A DNA stretch of 64,000 bases, taken from Callorhinchus milii (lineage: Eukaryota). Shown here piece after piece: positions 1-9,720 of the stretch. Each line of letters begins with the position of its first letter. Position 1 is the first letter of the stretch. Under the pieces are notes generated by a model. That model was not told the origin of the DNA, did no database searches, and worked only from the letters and a program-made list of their open reading frames with translations. The translations under genes and the position numbers were made by a program. The DNA lies in NCBI RefSeq assembly GCF_018977255.1, contig NW_024704742.1, positions 70,806,001-70,870,000 of the forward strand, written 5' to 3'.

Positions 1-290
1 CACACACCCCACCACACACCCCACCCACAACACACACACACCCACAATGTGCGGGAAAAACTCCTTTGTGGAGGGTGCTGATTTAAAAAAAATTTAACCA
101 GAAAAACTCCCCTTTCCTTTTTAAGTACCTATCAAATTCCCTTTTGAAAGCCCTAAATCTGCTGTTCTGGCGCTACCCCATGTAGGAGGTGACATGTTAA
201 TATCGGGCTACTTTTTGGTGGGCTTTGGGCTACAGACTTTACTTTTAATTTCTGGCCAATCCCAGGCTTGCCAAAAATTAAGAATACATT

Positions 291-315
291 NNNNNNNNNN
301 NNNNNNNNNNNNNNN
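291..315. other. Assembly gap (25 N)
   Basis: Run of N in the sequence; a single further N at 5436. Confidence 0.99.
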
Positions 316-2954
316 TGTTTGAAAGCACTTCACAGGATGTACTGTAAAATTAATTGACTATATTTTATGAACCAAATACAGCAGCCAATTGTGAAAAGTG
401 ACCAAATTATTATTTATTTTAACTTACACATGACAGCATCTGCAACAAGCCAGTGCTCCCCCCAGCACTGCACTAGAGCATTAACCTAGAGTCCTGATGT
501 GAGGGCTTGAACCCACAACCTTCTGACTCAGAGGCGAGAGGGTTACAGACTGAACCAGGCTGGCACGCAATTGCTGAGCACCTTTCTCTTTACACGGACA
601 TGCTTACCTACCTGGAGCCAGGGCCCAACTCCAACAGATGGGATGAAAAACTGCCCTACGTCTCTGAAGTGGTGGGAGGCAATGAGTAAAAACTCTGCCC
701 TTTCATTTCTGCCAAATGGGATGGAACTTAGCTCAGAAACATCCGCTGGGTGTTGTTGTGTTTGGCCACCTGCCCTGATTCCTTTCAAGATTCCTCCCAG
801 TAATATTATAATAATAATCCTTGCATTTGGTGTAGCGCCTTATCATGTCATCAAGGCATCTCAAAGCACGTCATAGGATATATTGTAAAGTGTAGTGACT
901 GTGTATTTTGTGGGTGAAACGCAGCAGCCAGTTGCACACAACAGTGTCCCACAAACAGCCTTGAAGTGAGTGATTAATTGTATTTGGGGGATTGTTGGCC
1001 AGGACGCCAGGAGAGAGAAACTTCCTTCTCTTTTTGAATTGTTCTGTTGACGTAATCAAAGAGGAAGGTCTTGGGATAATAGTAAAAATTATTATTTTTA
1101 TTATAATGGAAGTTTGTTCCAGCAAAACTCCATGGCTGTCAATGTCTTGAGTTGTAAGTGTCCTGAGTTTAATATCCCGCTGTTATTTCTCACTGAGCTG
1201 GCAGCACAGCAATCTATTTCTGGCTTAGTGGAGCTCCATTTTTAGAAGAAGACAACAGAGAGGAGTGGGGGTTGGGGGGGTTGCGGCGAGGTGAGGAGCT
1301 GGCGGCAGCGACTGACAATCCCTAGAACACAAGCGGAGATTGTTGTGGTGTTAACAGATGGTTGGGTGCTGGGGAGCTCTCTCAAGCTGCTTTGAAGACT
1401 ACCTGGTGGCTGTATGAGGGTGTGTTATTTCATCTCTATCTGGTCCAGTAAACTGCTTTGTCTGGTAGGGAATAATAATAATAATCCTTACGGTTGATAT
1501 AACGCCTTATCACGACATTGAGACGCCTCAAAGCGCTTCACAGGATAAACTGTAAAGTGAAATGTGGCAGCCAGTATAAATTATCCCACAAACAGCCATG
1601 GAGTGACTGACTCTATTTGGGGGATTGTTGGTCAGGACACATGGAGCGAGAAATTCATTTTGAGTAGCCCCATGGGATCTTGAACACCTGAACAGACGCA
1701 AACGGGACCTTGGTTTAACGTTTCATTCTATGGATAATGCCTCCAACAATGTAGGCCATTAACAACAGCAACAACAAAAACAACATCAATTTGCATTTAC
1801 ATTACATGGTACCTTTCAAGCAGAGCAGCGTCCCAGAGCACTTAAAGCTCATCACGTCTGTGAAAGAGGAATCCATTCAGTCCAATTTGCCTGCAATGCC
1901 TGGTCGAGTGGAATCCCGTATTGTATTGGGTAAGACAAGATTTAAGTCCTGTGGAGTCCTGTAGTTTAGTGGTTAGAGCATTTTCCTTGCAAGTAGAGGA
2001 TCTGAATTTGATTCCCGGGCAGGGCAAAATATTAGGCAAGTTTATTACTCCATATGCCTCTGTTTACTTAGCAGTAGGAAATAGGAAAATGTTTGTTAAT
2101 CGATTGACAGTTCCTTTCTGATGGCAATAATCCTGTAAAAATAAATAGGAATAATTGAATAATTTCAATCCACACTGCTGTGTGCAATTGGCTACCATTG
2201 TTTTACCCAGAAAATACAGTCAATCCACTTTACAATATAAAGTGTACAATATCAAAGGCTCTGGGACACTACCCCACATGAAAGGCCGCTGTATAAATGC
2301 AAATTGTTGCTGTTGTATATTCTGTGAAGCGCTTTGAGATGTCTCAATGACGTGATAAGGTGCCATATCAAATGCAAGGATTTATTAACAGGGCACAGAC
2401 GGCACCTCGTATTTTAATGTCTAATTCTTAAAGACAGCACCTTCGATAAAACTATTTTTCTTTGAATGGATGTTATAGCGCTGGGTTCCTGTTTGCTTTC
2501 TCTACTGCACTCTCCCCCCAAACCTCCACTAGTAACTTGCTGTATTGATTGAGTGGTGGAGGATAGGAGGGCGGGCGTGAGTGCGTGTGGTTGTGCGTGG
2601 GTGCGCACGCCAGGTTGTTTTACAGGGGGATTTCGGAGGGGATTTGCCATTGAACAACAACAACAACAACTTGGATCTATATAGCGCCCTCCATGCTGGA
2701 CGGCATCTCAAAGTGCTTTACAGTTTAGGATCCCGGGGCAGAGCCAGGGGGAGGGGGAGGAAGGTGACCAAAGGCGCAGTCGAAAAGAAAGGTCTTCAGC
2801 AGAGACCTGAAAATGGGAAGGGAGGAAGCGAGACGAAGGGAGTGAGGAAGGCAGTTCCAGAGCCTCGGGCCATAGTGGCTGAAGACACGGCTACCGAGGG
2901 TGGTAATTGAGGTAATTTGAAGCAAAGACTGATGGGAGTGTAAAACGGATATAT

Positions 2955-3205
2955 GAGGCAAAAACAGAAGTCACTGGGAACACTCAGCAGGTCAGGCAGA
3001 AAGTGAAAAAAAGAAAGGAAAGTAAGTAAGTCAACGTTTCAGGTCCACAACCCTTCATCAAAACTGGGGCATGTTGGGAGGGAGAGGCTTTTAAGGGTTA
3101 ACAGAGAGGGGGGAGGCAGGACAAGGAAGATAAAGGAGAAAATGGGGTAGAGGACAGTGGATGATGGGTTAAAGAGGTGTTAATGATGCAAAACAAAGGT
3201 GGGGC
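2955..3205 (-). mobile_element. Penelope-like element terminal fragment with degenerate hammerhead motif
   Basis: Minus strand reads CCCCAGTT-TTGATGA-AGGGTTGTGGACCT-GAAACGTTGACT...CTGCCTGACCTGCTGAG; homologous copy at 53150-53470. Confidence 0.65.
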
Positions 3206-3327
3206 ATGATACAGTCTGTTTATTACCCACTGACTACTGACTGAAGGGTTTTTGGTTGGATTGTTTGATTTGTAACTTGTGAGCTGAGAATAAAAGAGTT
3301 TTCTACACATTGAGAACATAACAATCA

Positions 3328-3885
3328 TCTATAATAATAAAACAACAATGTCTGTCTGTGTACGCTTCAAGAAGGATCTCAATAACCGATTGACTTAGAG
3401 ACATGATTTATATCTCATCGGAAAGGTCTTGTGTCTGGGAGTGACACAGGCATATTTGTTTTCAGGTATCTCCTATCGTTCATGAGTTATCACCTAAAAT
3501 GGATTTCAGTTTTACGTTTTTCACTGCAGTTACACCTGGTGGCCGCCGAGTCAAAGTTGTGCTCTGGGTCATTGTGCGTCACAGAGCATATTCTTATGCA
3601 CGCATGCACTGCAGTTACAGCTGGTGGCCGCGGCGGCTGACTATGGCCCTGTGGCATCCTGCGTCACAGAGCACACACGTAGCCAAGCTACCCAAGTAGC
3701 GGCGGGAACAAAATAAAGAACACCAACAGCACAATTACATTTTTAAAGCGCTGAGTCCTCTCATTGAGTCCTTCTAAAAGGAGTCCTCCCAGATAAGTAT
3801 AAAGATGAATTGTCTATGTGTGTGTCTATCTACATTTCATATTGGACTTTTTGGTTGCAAGCGTAGCTGCCACGGGTACAGCTAG
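3328..3885 (+). mobile_element. Non-autonomous Helitron
   Basis: A|TCTATAATAATAAAA 5' end, CTAG|T 3' end, imperfect GC-rich hairpin ~3857-3875, no TSD, internal ~85-bp duplication (3522/3607). Confidence 0.75.
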
Positions 3886-5443
3886 TGTCAAACAATTGTG
3901 GAAAATAATTATGTGAATCCATGCATTGATATAGCACCTTTCACGTCAGGAGAATGTCTCAAAGCGCTTCACATGATATATTGTAAGGTGGAGTGACTGT
4001 GTATTTTGTAGGGAAATGCGGCAGAGGGCTCCACTGAAGGGGTTACTTGAGTGAGCAGTGGAATGGGATTAGAGTGGATAGCTCAAGTGAGGGGAGTGAG
4101 CAGCAACACAGATACAATGGGGCGAAGGCAGGAATGGGATTAGAGTAGAGAGTTCCAGTAGGGAAGTGAGAGCACCAGGATTGATACAAAAGCTCAAATG
4201 ACCTCCTATCTATGATGTGGACTCTAAGTGGTAAGACCGGGAGCAAATATGAGAGATGTGATGTATAATAACATGGATGAGACTCCGAGCCAGCCATGGG
4301 CTATTTGTGAAGACATTAATTCAATGTGTTTTGAATGTCCCAGAGCTCCTATTTATTGTGTTTCCTTCCATTGTAATTCACAACATAAATTGATTCTCTC
4401 TGTCCATTATCTGTGAAGCACAGCCAGACATGAGCTATTCTTGGAGCCCAGGCAGTCATGTTTCCGCTTTTAGTCTCTTACAAATGTCTACTCACTGACC
4501 TCAAGGGGAATTACCTCAGGAAACAGTCACTACACGTGACAGTATTTACCAGTGAAGCGTGTTGAGACGTTTTGACATTGCGAGGCGTTGGTGTTATGGT
4601 CTGTCATTGTCTGGTCTCTTGTGACAGACATTAGAGGGTCAACCAAGAGGAATGTAGCCCAAGTTTTGCCGACAAAATACAGTCACTTCACTCTACACTA
4701 AATCCTGTGAAGTGCTTTGAGACATCTTGAGAAGTGAAGAGATGCAATATCAAATGGAAGGATTATTATTAATTACTAACCTAAAAAGCAGCCCAATATT
4801 ATGCATTGCCTCCTAAAATAACAAATAATTTGTGGTGTTGATTGACCAGAAATCTTGGAGATCAACACAAGATTGCAGAGGATGAACATGAGATTGGTGG
4901 GAATGAGGAAGAAGCAGCGGACCTGTATCGGAAGAGTGAGGGCACAGGCAGGGGATAAAACTAATCGAACTAATATTAGTTAGAATTATATTCCAACTGA
5001 GAGATCTATCAGTTTACTTTCTCATATTTCACCACCCCCTCCCGAACGCAACACTTTTGTAATTCTCTTTAATTCTTTTAATTTAATAGAAGATATCTAC
5101 CAACGCTTTTCTATTTTTTGCCCACAAAATATACAGTCAATTCACTTTACAGCATATTCTGTGAAGCGCTTTGAGACGTCTCAACAACATGATAAGGCGA
5201 TATATCAAATGCAAGAATTATTATTAGAAGTTACAGAACCACAGAAAAATAAGCGTCCCAAAGCACCTTACAAAGTTAGAAATAAAGTGACTGGTAGACA
5301 CTTAGCAGTCAGTCTGCAGAAGTGAACTCCCATGAATAACAATGAGCTGATTCTTCAGAGTGGAGGTGAGTTTTTATAATATGTCAGGATAACCTGGAAG
5401 AAGAGAGTGAAATTCAGGCTTTTTTCTCTTTTTTTNCCGCTAG

Positions 5444-5590
5444 GGGTGAGTTTAAAGAGGCAATGCTGCGGCAACGCTATGAAGAGGAAGTGGGGTCACT
5501 GGCAGAGGAACGAAAACGGGCAGAGACCGAAGAACACCGGTATCTGATGGCCATGAATGATGCTGAGAACCAGCGGCTCCGCGGCCTGCG
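5444..5590 (+). CDS. MRPS26: Mitochondrial ribosomal protein S26, internal coding exon (probably exon 2, 147 nt)
   Basis: Polypyrimidine tract + TAG acceptor (5441-5443), GTGAGT donor at 5591; reads GEFKEAMLRQRYEEEVGSLAEERKRAETEEHRYLMAMNDAENQRLRGLR, recognisable MRPS26. Confidence 0.92.
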
Positions 5591-5628
5591 GTGAGTAGCC
5601 AGGCTGGCCGGTGCTTCATGATTCTCAT

Positions 5629-5995
5629 GGAGTCCTGAAGCGTAGTGATTAGAGCACTCACCTCACAAGCGAGATGATCTGAGTTTGATTCCCGGGCAGG
5701 GCGAAACCGTAGGCAAGTTTCCTTACTCCACGTCCCTCTGTTTACATAGCAGTAAGTAGGAATCCGGTTGTTAGGCAATTGGTGGATCTCTTTCCAGGGG
5801 TAATAATCGCTCAAGAAAATAAAAATAAATAAATTTGGTCGCTCAATACATGACTTTTTGTGGGACATGGATGTACATAATTGGCCACCGTGTTTTGCCC
5901 ACAAAATACACAGTCAATTTACTTCGTAGTATATTTTGTGAAGTGCTTTGAGACTTCTCAACGACATAAGTATAACAAATGCAAGGATTCTTATT
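5629..5995 (+). mobile_element. tRNA-derived SINE, family A (long form); over 30 copies or fragments in the window
   Basis: GGAGTCC start, Pol III A/B boxes, CORE-like body, L2-type tail ending (TTA)n. Other near-full copies at ~1951-2385(+), 13365-13685(-), 17487-17840(+), 31421-31797(+), 35597-35963(+), 47760-48120(-), 51100-51465(-), 54240-54595(-). Confidence 0.85.
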
Positions 5996-6010
5996 ATGCT
6001 CATGTGACAG

Positions 6011-6134
6011 GGAGGAGCGACTCAGGCAGGAGGCGGAAGAGGAGCTGCGGCAGAAACTGGACATCATGCTTCGCAGAGAGGAGAAGAGGGAAGTGTTTCT
6101 CCAGGAACGGGTGCAAGAGATCCTGAAGCTCCAG
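6011..6134 (+). CDS. MRPS26: MRPS26 coding exon (probably exon 3, 124 nt)
   Basis: AG at 6009-6010, GTATGT donor at 6135; phase matches previous exon; EERLRQEAEEELRQKLDIMLRREEKREVFLQERVQEILKLQ (coiled-coil-like). Confidence 0.9.
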
Positions 6135-7645
6135 GTATGTTGCTGAACATGCTCAGATGTAGGTGATGATATGGGGTGGGGGGCCAGTGAGGCGCATTTA
6201 AGAAGATGTGTGGAGATTACAAATCTGTGAATTGGGATATCAGCACAGAGGGGTGTGAGATAGGGACTGAAGTGGGCAAAATGGCCGAGGTAAGGAAATG
6301 TTGTCTTGGTCACGTACTGGACGTGAGGGTGAAAAGAGTGCTGAAGGTCAACTGAATGTCATGGTTCCAATGAGTTCAGGGAGTTTGTGAGAGCCCTGGA
6401 AGGTTGAAGAAGTGGGACCAGAGGAAAGGAAGCATTAGGAGCTGAGTAGGATGGCTTCCATCGTGCCTGTGTTTAGATGAAGAAAGTTGAGGCTCGTCTA
6501 GGGAAAGGTTGATGAGAATCGCAAGCATGTGGTAGAGAAGGGGCAATTGGCGAAACTGGATGGGAAAGAGTTAACAACAACAAGATTACATTTGTATAGC
6601 GCCTTTCACGTCAGGAGGATATCCCATACAGCTGGACAGTATGCAGCATTTCAGACCCGAGCTGGGATTAGGGAGAGGGGAGGGGGTGGGGGATAGCCAA
6701 TGGCATGATCGAAGAGGAGAGTTTTGAGGCGAGACTTGAAGGAGGCTAAGGAGGGGGTGAGGCATTTGGGGATGGAATTTCAGAGGTTGGGGGCAGAGTG
6801 GCTGAAGGCTCTCCCACCAATGGTGGGGTGGGTGGGTTGGGGGACGTGGAGCAGGCCAGAGCCGGCTGAGCAGAGGGAGCGGGCAGATTGGTAAGGGGTT
6901 AGGAGGTCACAGAGTTAAAGGAGCAAGGTGGTGGGTTTCAAGTGGGAGATGAGGATGCAGAAAAGCGAAAGAGAATCACTGATGGATAAATGGTGGCTAT
7001 GTTTATCTACAAATCGTCATCTCACTTGACTGTAAAGCACTGAAGTGATTCAGTGTGATACGGTGGATCAGTCACCTTTGGGTTTTAGCTTCATATCAAT
7101 CCACATTATGGTATATTCTGTGAAACTCTTTGAGATGTCTCAATGCCGTGATAAGGCACTATATCAAATGCAAAAATTAAAATGTAAATCGGCACTTGAA
7201 TTCACATAGTCCAAGATGACGCTCCATTTTAGTGCTGAGAGTGTGTTGCATTGTTGGAGGTGCTATCTTTCGAATGAACAGTAGGGTGTCAGGACCCGAG
7301 CATGGTTGGGGGGGGGTAGTGTAGGGGTGAGGGAAGGCAGAGAGGTCCTCTGTTTACCTAGCCTTAAGTAGGAACCCGGTTGTTAATCGATTGGTGGATC
7401 GCTTTCCCAGGGATAATAATTGCTCCAAAATCCCTCAAAAAAATGTGGTCACTTAATCCATGACTGTTTATGGGTTACCGTGGGTGCAATTGCCCAGAAA
7501 ATGCAGTCACTCCACTTTACTGTATATTCTATGAAACACTTGAGACTATGAGACACTATATGATGTCTCAACGATGTGATAAGATAGCATATCAAAGGCA
7601 AGGATTATTATTAAATCTGTGGCTTTTTTTAAAATTGATTTTCAG

Positions 7646-7777
7646 GAAGAAGTGAAGAACTTTATCACCCTGGAAAATGTGGACCAGCGGATAGAGGCTG
7701 CCCTGGACAATCCCCAGAATTACAACTTCGCCATTGACCAGGACGGTAGGGTGGTAAAACGTACTGTGAAGCAGTAA
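7646..7777 (+). CDS. MRPS26: MRPS26 last coding exon with stop
   Basis: TTTTCAG acceptor; EEVKNFITLENVDQRIEAALDNPQNYNFAIDQDGRVVKRTVKQ*, the conserved MRPS26 C-terminus; TAA 7775-7777. Confidence 0.94.
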   Translation, partial: EEVKNFITLENVDQRIEAALDNPQNYNFAIDQDGRVVKRTVKQ

Positions 7778-8014
7778 CAACCCTCTGATGGAGGTGAACT
7801 GGCAAGAACCGAATTCTTTCTCATCAGACATCATTTGTCACAAACAAGGGATTGACAATCAGAATCCAAGAACCATATGTCACATTGCAATGGACTTTAA
7901 AGGGGAAGGAAAGTGTTTGGGGAAGGGAGAGCGATGAGAGGCGAACTTTCTAATCATAGTAAACCTCCATGTGATATTAAAAATTAGATTTTTACGAAAA
8001 GTGATTTTTCCCAG

Positions 8015-8272
8015 TTGATCGCTGATCTGCGCTGAGTTCCTTTACCCTCAGCCAGGCCCACTCAAGAAGCACTGCAATCGGCTAAAGGCCCTGCATTTGC
8101 AGAGAAGAAAAACAGCTAGGATTTACTCCTCCTGGTGACTGCTTTTGCTGTCAGGTGATGCTAAGATCAGGTGAGGATGCGATTTCTCTTCCCTCCCCCC
8201 CCCTCCCAAAAAAAAACCTGCGAGGAAGAGCCTCACACATAAAGAGTGGCCACTTGGGTCAGGTGCCAGAGG
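8015..8272 (+). mobile_element. Old SINE remnant in the MRPS26 3' UTR (LmeSINE1c/AmnSINE2-like, from recollection)
   Basis: CTGCGCTGAGTT...CTCAGCCAGG and CTCACACATAAAGAGTGGCCACTTGGG motifs; related minus-strand remnant ~16950-17090. Confidence 0.45.
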
Positions 8273-8552
8273 CCTTGAAGCTTTTACCCCAATGAAGAGT
8301 TATCATTTTCAAAGAGGGAACGTTGGTGAAAAGAACAGCTCCTAAACGTACACCAGCCCGTCTTACAATCCTTTCAGGGTATGAAAGCTGTCTTTTTGAA
8401 TTCTTGTTCTCAATCTTAAGCAGCGGAGAAATGTGACCAACAAGGATTCCGTTAAGCCTGAGATTTTTCACTGTCCAAGGCCTGTGGACTTGAACCCAGA
8501 AGCATTATTTGGGGTTTGTACCCTTGGTCTGGGTGTGCTTTTCCTTGATGTA

Positions 8553-8563
8553 AATAAAATAAA
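8553..8563 (+). terminator. Two overlapping AATAAA poly(A) signals, likely end of the MRPS26 3' UTR
   Basis: AATAAAATAAA ~780 nt after the stop, followed by a T/GT-rich tract. Confidence 0.7.
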
Positions 8564-9203
8564 GTCTTGCGTGGAATATTATTGTGAATTGGCTATTTTT
8601 ATTTTATCAGTTGCGAGTGTCACAGAAACCTGTTGCTATGCTTGGGAATTTCCAGTTCCAACTCAAAAGCGTTTTGTTTGCCAATGCTGTAGTACCCAAT
8701 TTCTTTCTCCTGGTATCTGCTATTCATACCACAGTATGTGGAGAGGATTATTGCTGGAATTGAGCCAGTTAAAACCGTGGAAATTATTATAAGGTTTGTC
8801 AGCTGCTCAGCTCAGAGCATTCAATGCAGAGATCCTCCAGCATTTCTGGAACCAGCAAGAGTTAGCTCCTTTGGGGAGAGTGGACGGTGGGTGTGGAGTG
8901 GGTGAGGAGAAGCAATGAAGTTAGGTTCATTCCACGTTCAATTGATTCCCGAGACAGTTCACCGTCCAATGCGTGCGCACTGTGGCCTGTGCAGGGGCCG
9001 ACGGGAAGTGTAGTTCCAAAAGGCTGCATGCAATGAACGCTGTTGTGCGAACGGCGCAAGCGCACTTGGTGGAGGTAATAGCTCTCACGTGGCACGGTGG
9101 GAGTTGTAGTTCCAATATCCCCCGCCAGGGCCAATCTTGCTTGACCTACGGTTACCGCGGAACTACTTGTCCCGCGCTGCACTTCGGCTTCCGTTAACCT
9201 CCT

Positions 9204-9222
9204 CCAATGCCGCTGCGCCACG
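9204..9222 (+). promoter_or_regulatory. ER stress response element (ERSE), CCAAT-N9-CCACG
   Basis: CCAAT GCCGCTGCG CCACG, exact consensus with GC-rich 9-nt spacer, ~130 nt upstream of the AUP1 ATG. Confidence 0.75.
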
Positions 9223-9349
9223 GCTCAGCCTTCCCGCCGTCCAATATGGCGGCGGCGCATTGATGAGCCGAATGGAGTCGGCGGCGTCGTCGTCGTGCTG
9301 GCGGCGGTGTCGGCGACGGAGAAACAGCGGCGATTCCTGAGAGAGCGAC

Positions 9350-9390
9350 ATGGAGATTCCGCGGGTCGAGCAGCTCTTCGACTTTACGAG
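9350..9390 (+). CDS. AUP1: AUP1 (lipid droplet/ERAD factor) coding exon 1
   Basis: GACATGG Kozak context; MEIPRVEQLFDFTR; GTGAGG donor at 9391. Confidence 0.9.
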
Positions 9391-9460
9391 GTGAGGAGGG
9401 TTGATTTGTGGCTAATTCACCGAGGCCGCCTGCAAGCTCCGGCCCGAACCTGCCGGAGGT

Positions 9461-9720
9461 AGGCCTCGGCCCTCCTCCCCTCACCCTCAGGCCTCGGCCC
9501 TCCTCCCCTCACCCTCAGGCCTCGGCCCTCCTCCCCTCACCCTCAGGCCTCGGCCCTCCTCCCCTCACCCTCAGGCCTCGGCCCTCCTCCCCTCACCCTC
9601 AGGCCTCGGCCCTCCTCCCCCCTCACCCTCAGGCCTCGGCCCTCCTCCCCTCACCCTCAGGCCTCGGCCCTCCTCCCCTCACCCTCAGGCCTCGGCCCTC
9701 CTCCCCTCACCCTCAGGCCT
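9461..9720 (+). repeat. 28-bp minisatellite, 9 full units plus a partial unit, in AUP1 intron 1
   Basis: Unit AGGCCTCGGCCCTCCTCCCCTCACCCTC repeated head-to-tail with no spacers; unit 6 (9601-9630) has two extra C. Confidence 0.97.

Larger units (their letters stand above)
8940..9460 (+). promoter_or_regulatory. CpG-island promoter / first-exon region of AUP1
   Basis: Marked CpG enrichment against a CpG-poor background; ZNF143/SBS-like motifs at 9003-9017 (-), 9099-9113 (-), 9159-9174 (+); CACGTG 9086-9091; several CCAAT boxes; YY1-like AATATGGCGGC 9243-9253. Confidence 0.88.

Noticed and set aside
4850..4945. Purine-rich stretch after an AG resembling an extra MRPS26 exon
   Set aside because: It is the inverted copy of the repeat at ~17925-18040 and has no MRPS26 similarity.
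9112..9130. Second ERSE at CCAAT 9112
   Set aside because: After 9 nt the sequence is CAGGG, not CCACG.
8862..9221. Divergent ORF from the AUP1 promoter (possible HTRA2 exon 1)
   Set aside because: Non-ATG start, no HTRA2-like sequence, and no downstream exons before it runs into the MRPS26 3' UTR.
9461..9720. CRISPR-like array (28-bp repeats)
   Set aside because: Units are contiguous with no spacers, there are no cas genes, and the context is a eukaryotic intron; it is a minisatellite. The 168-aa ORF 9408-9914 is just its translation.
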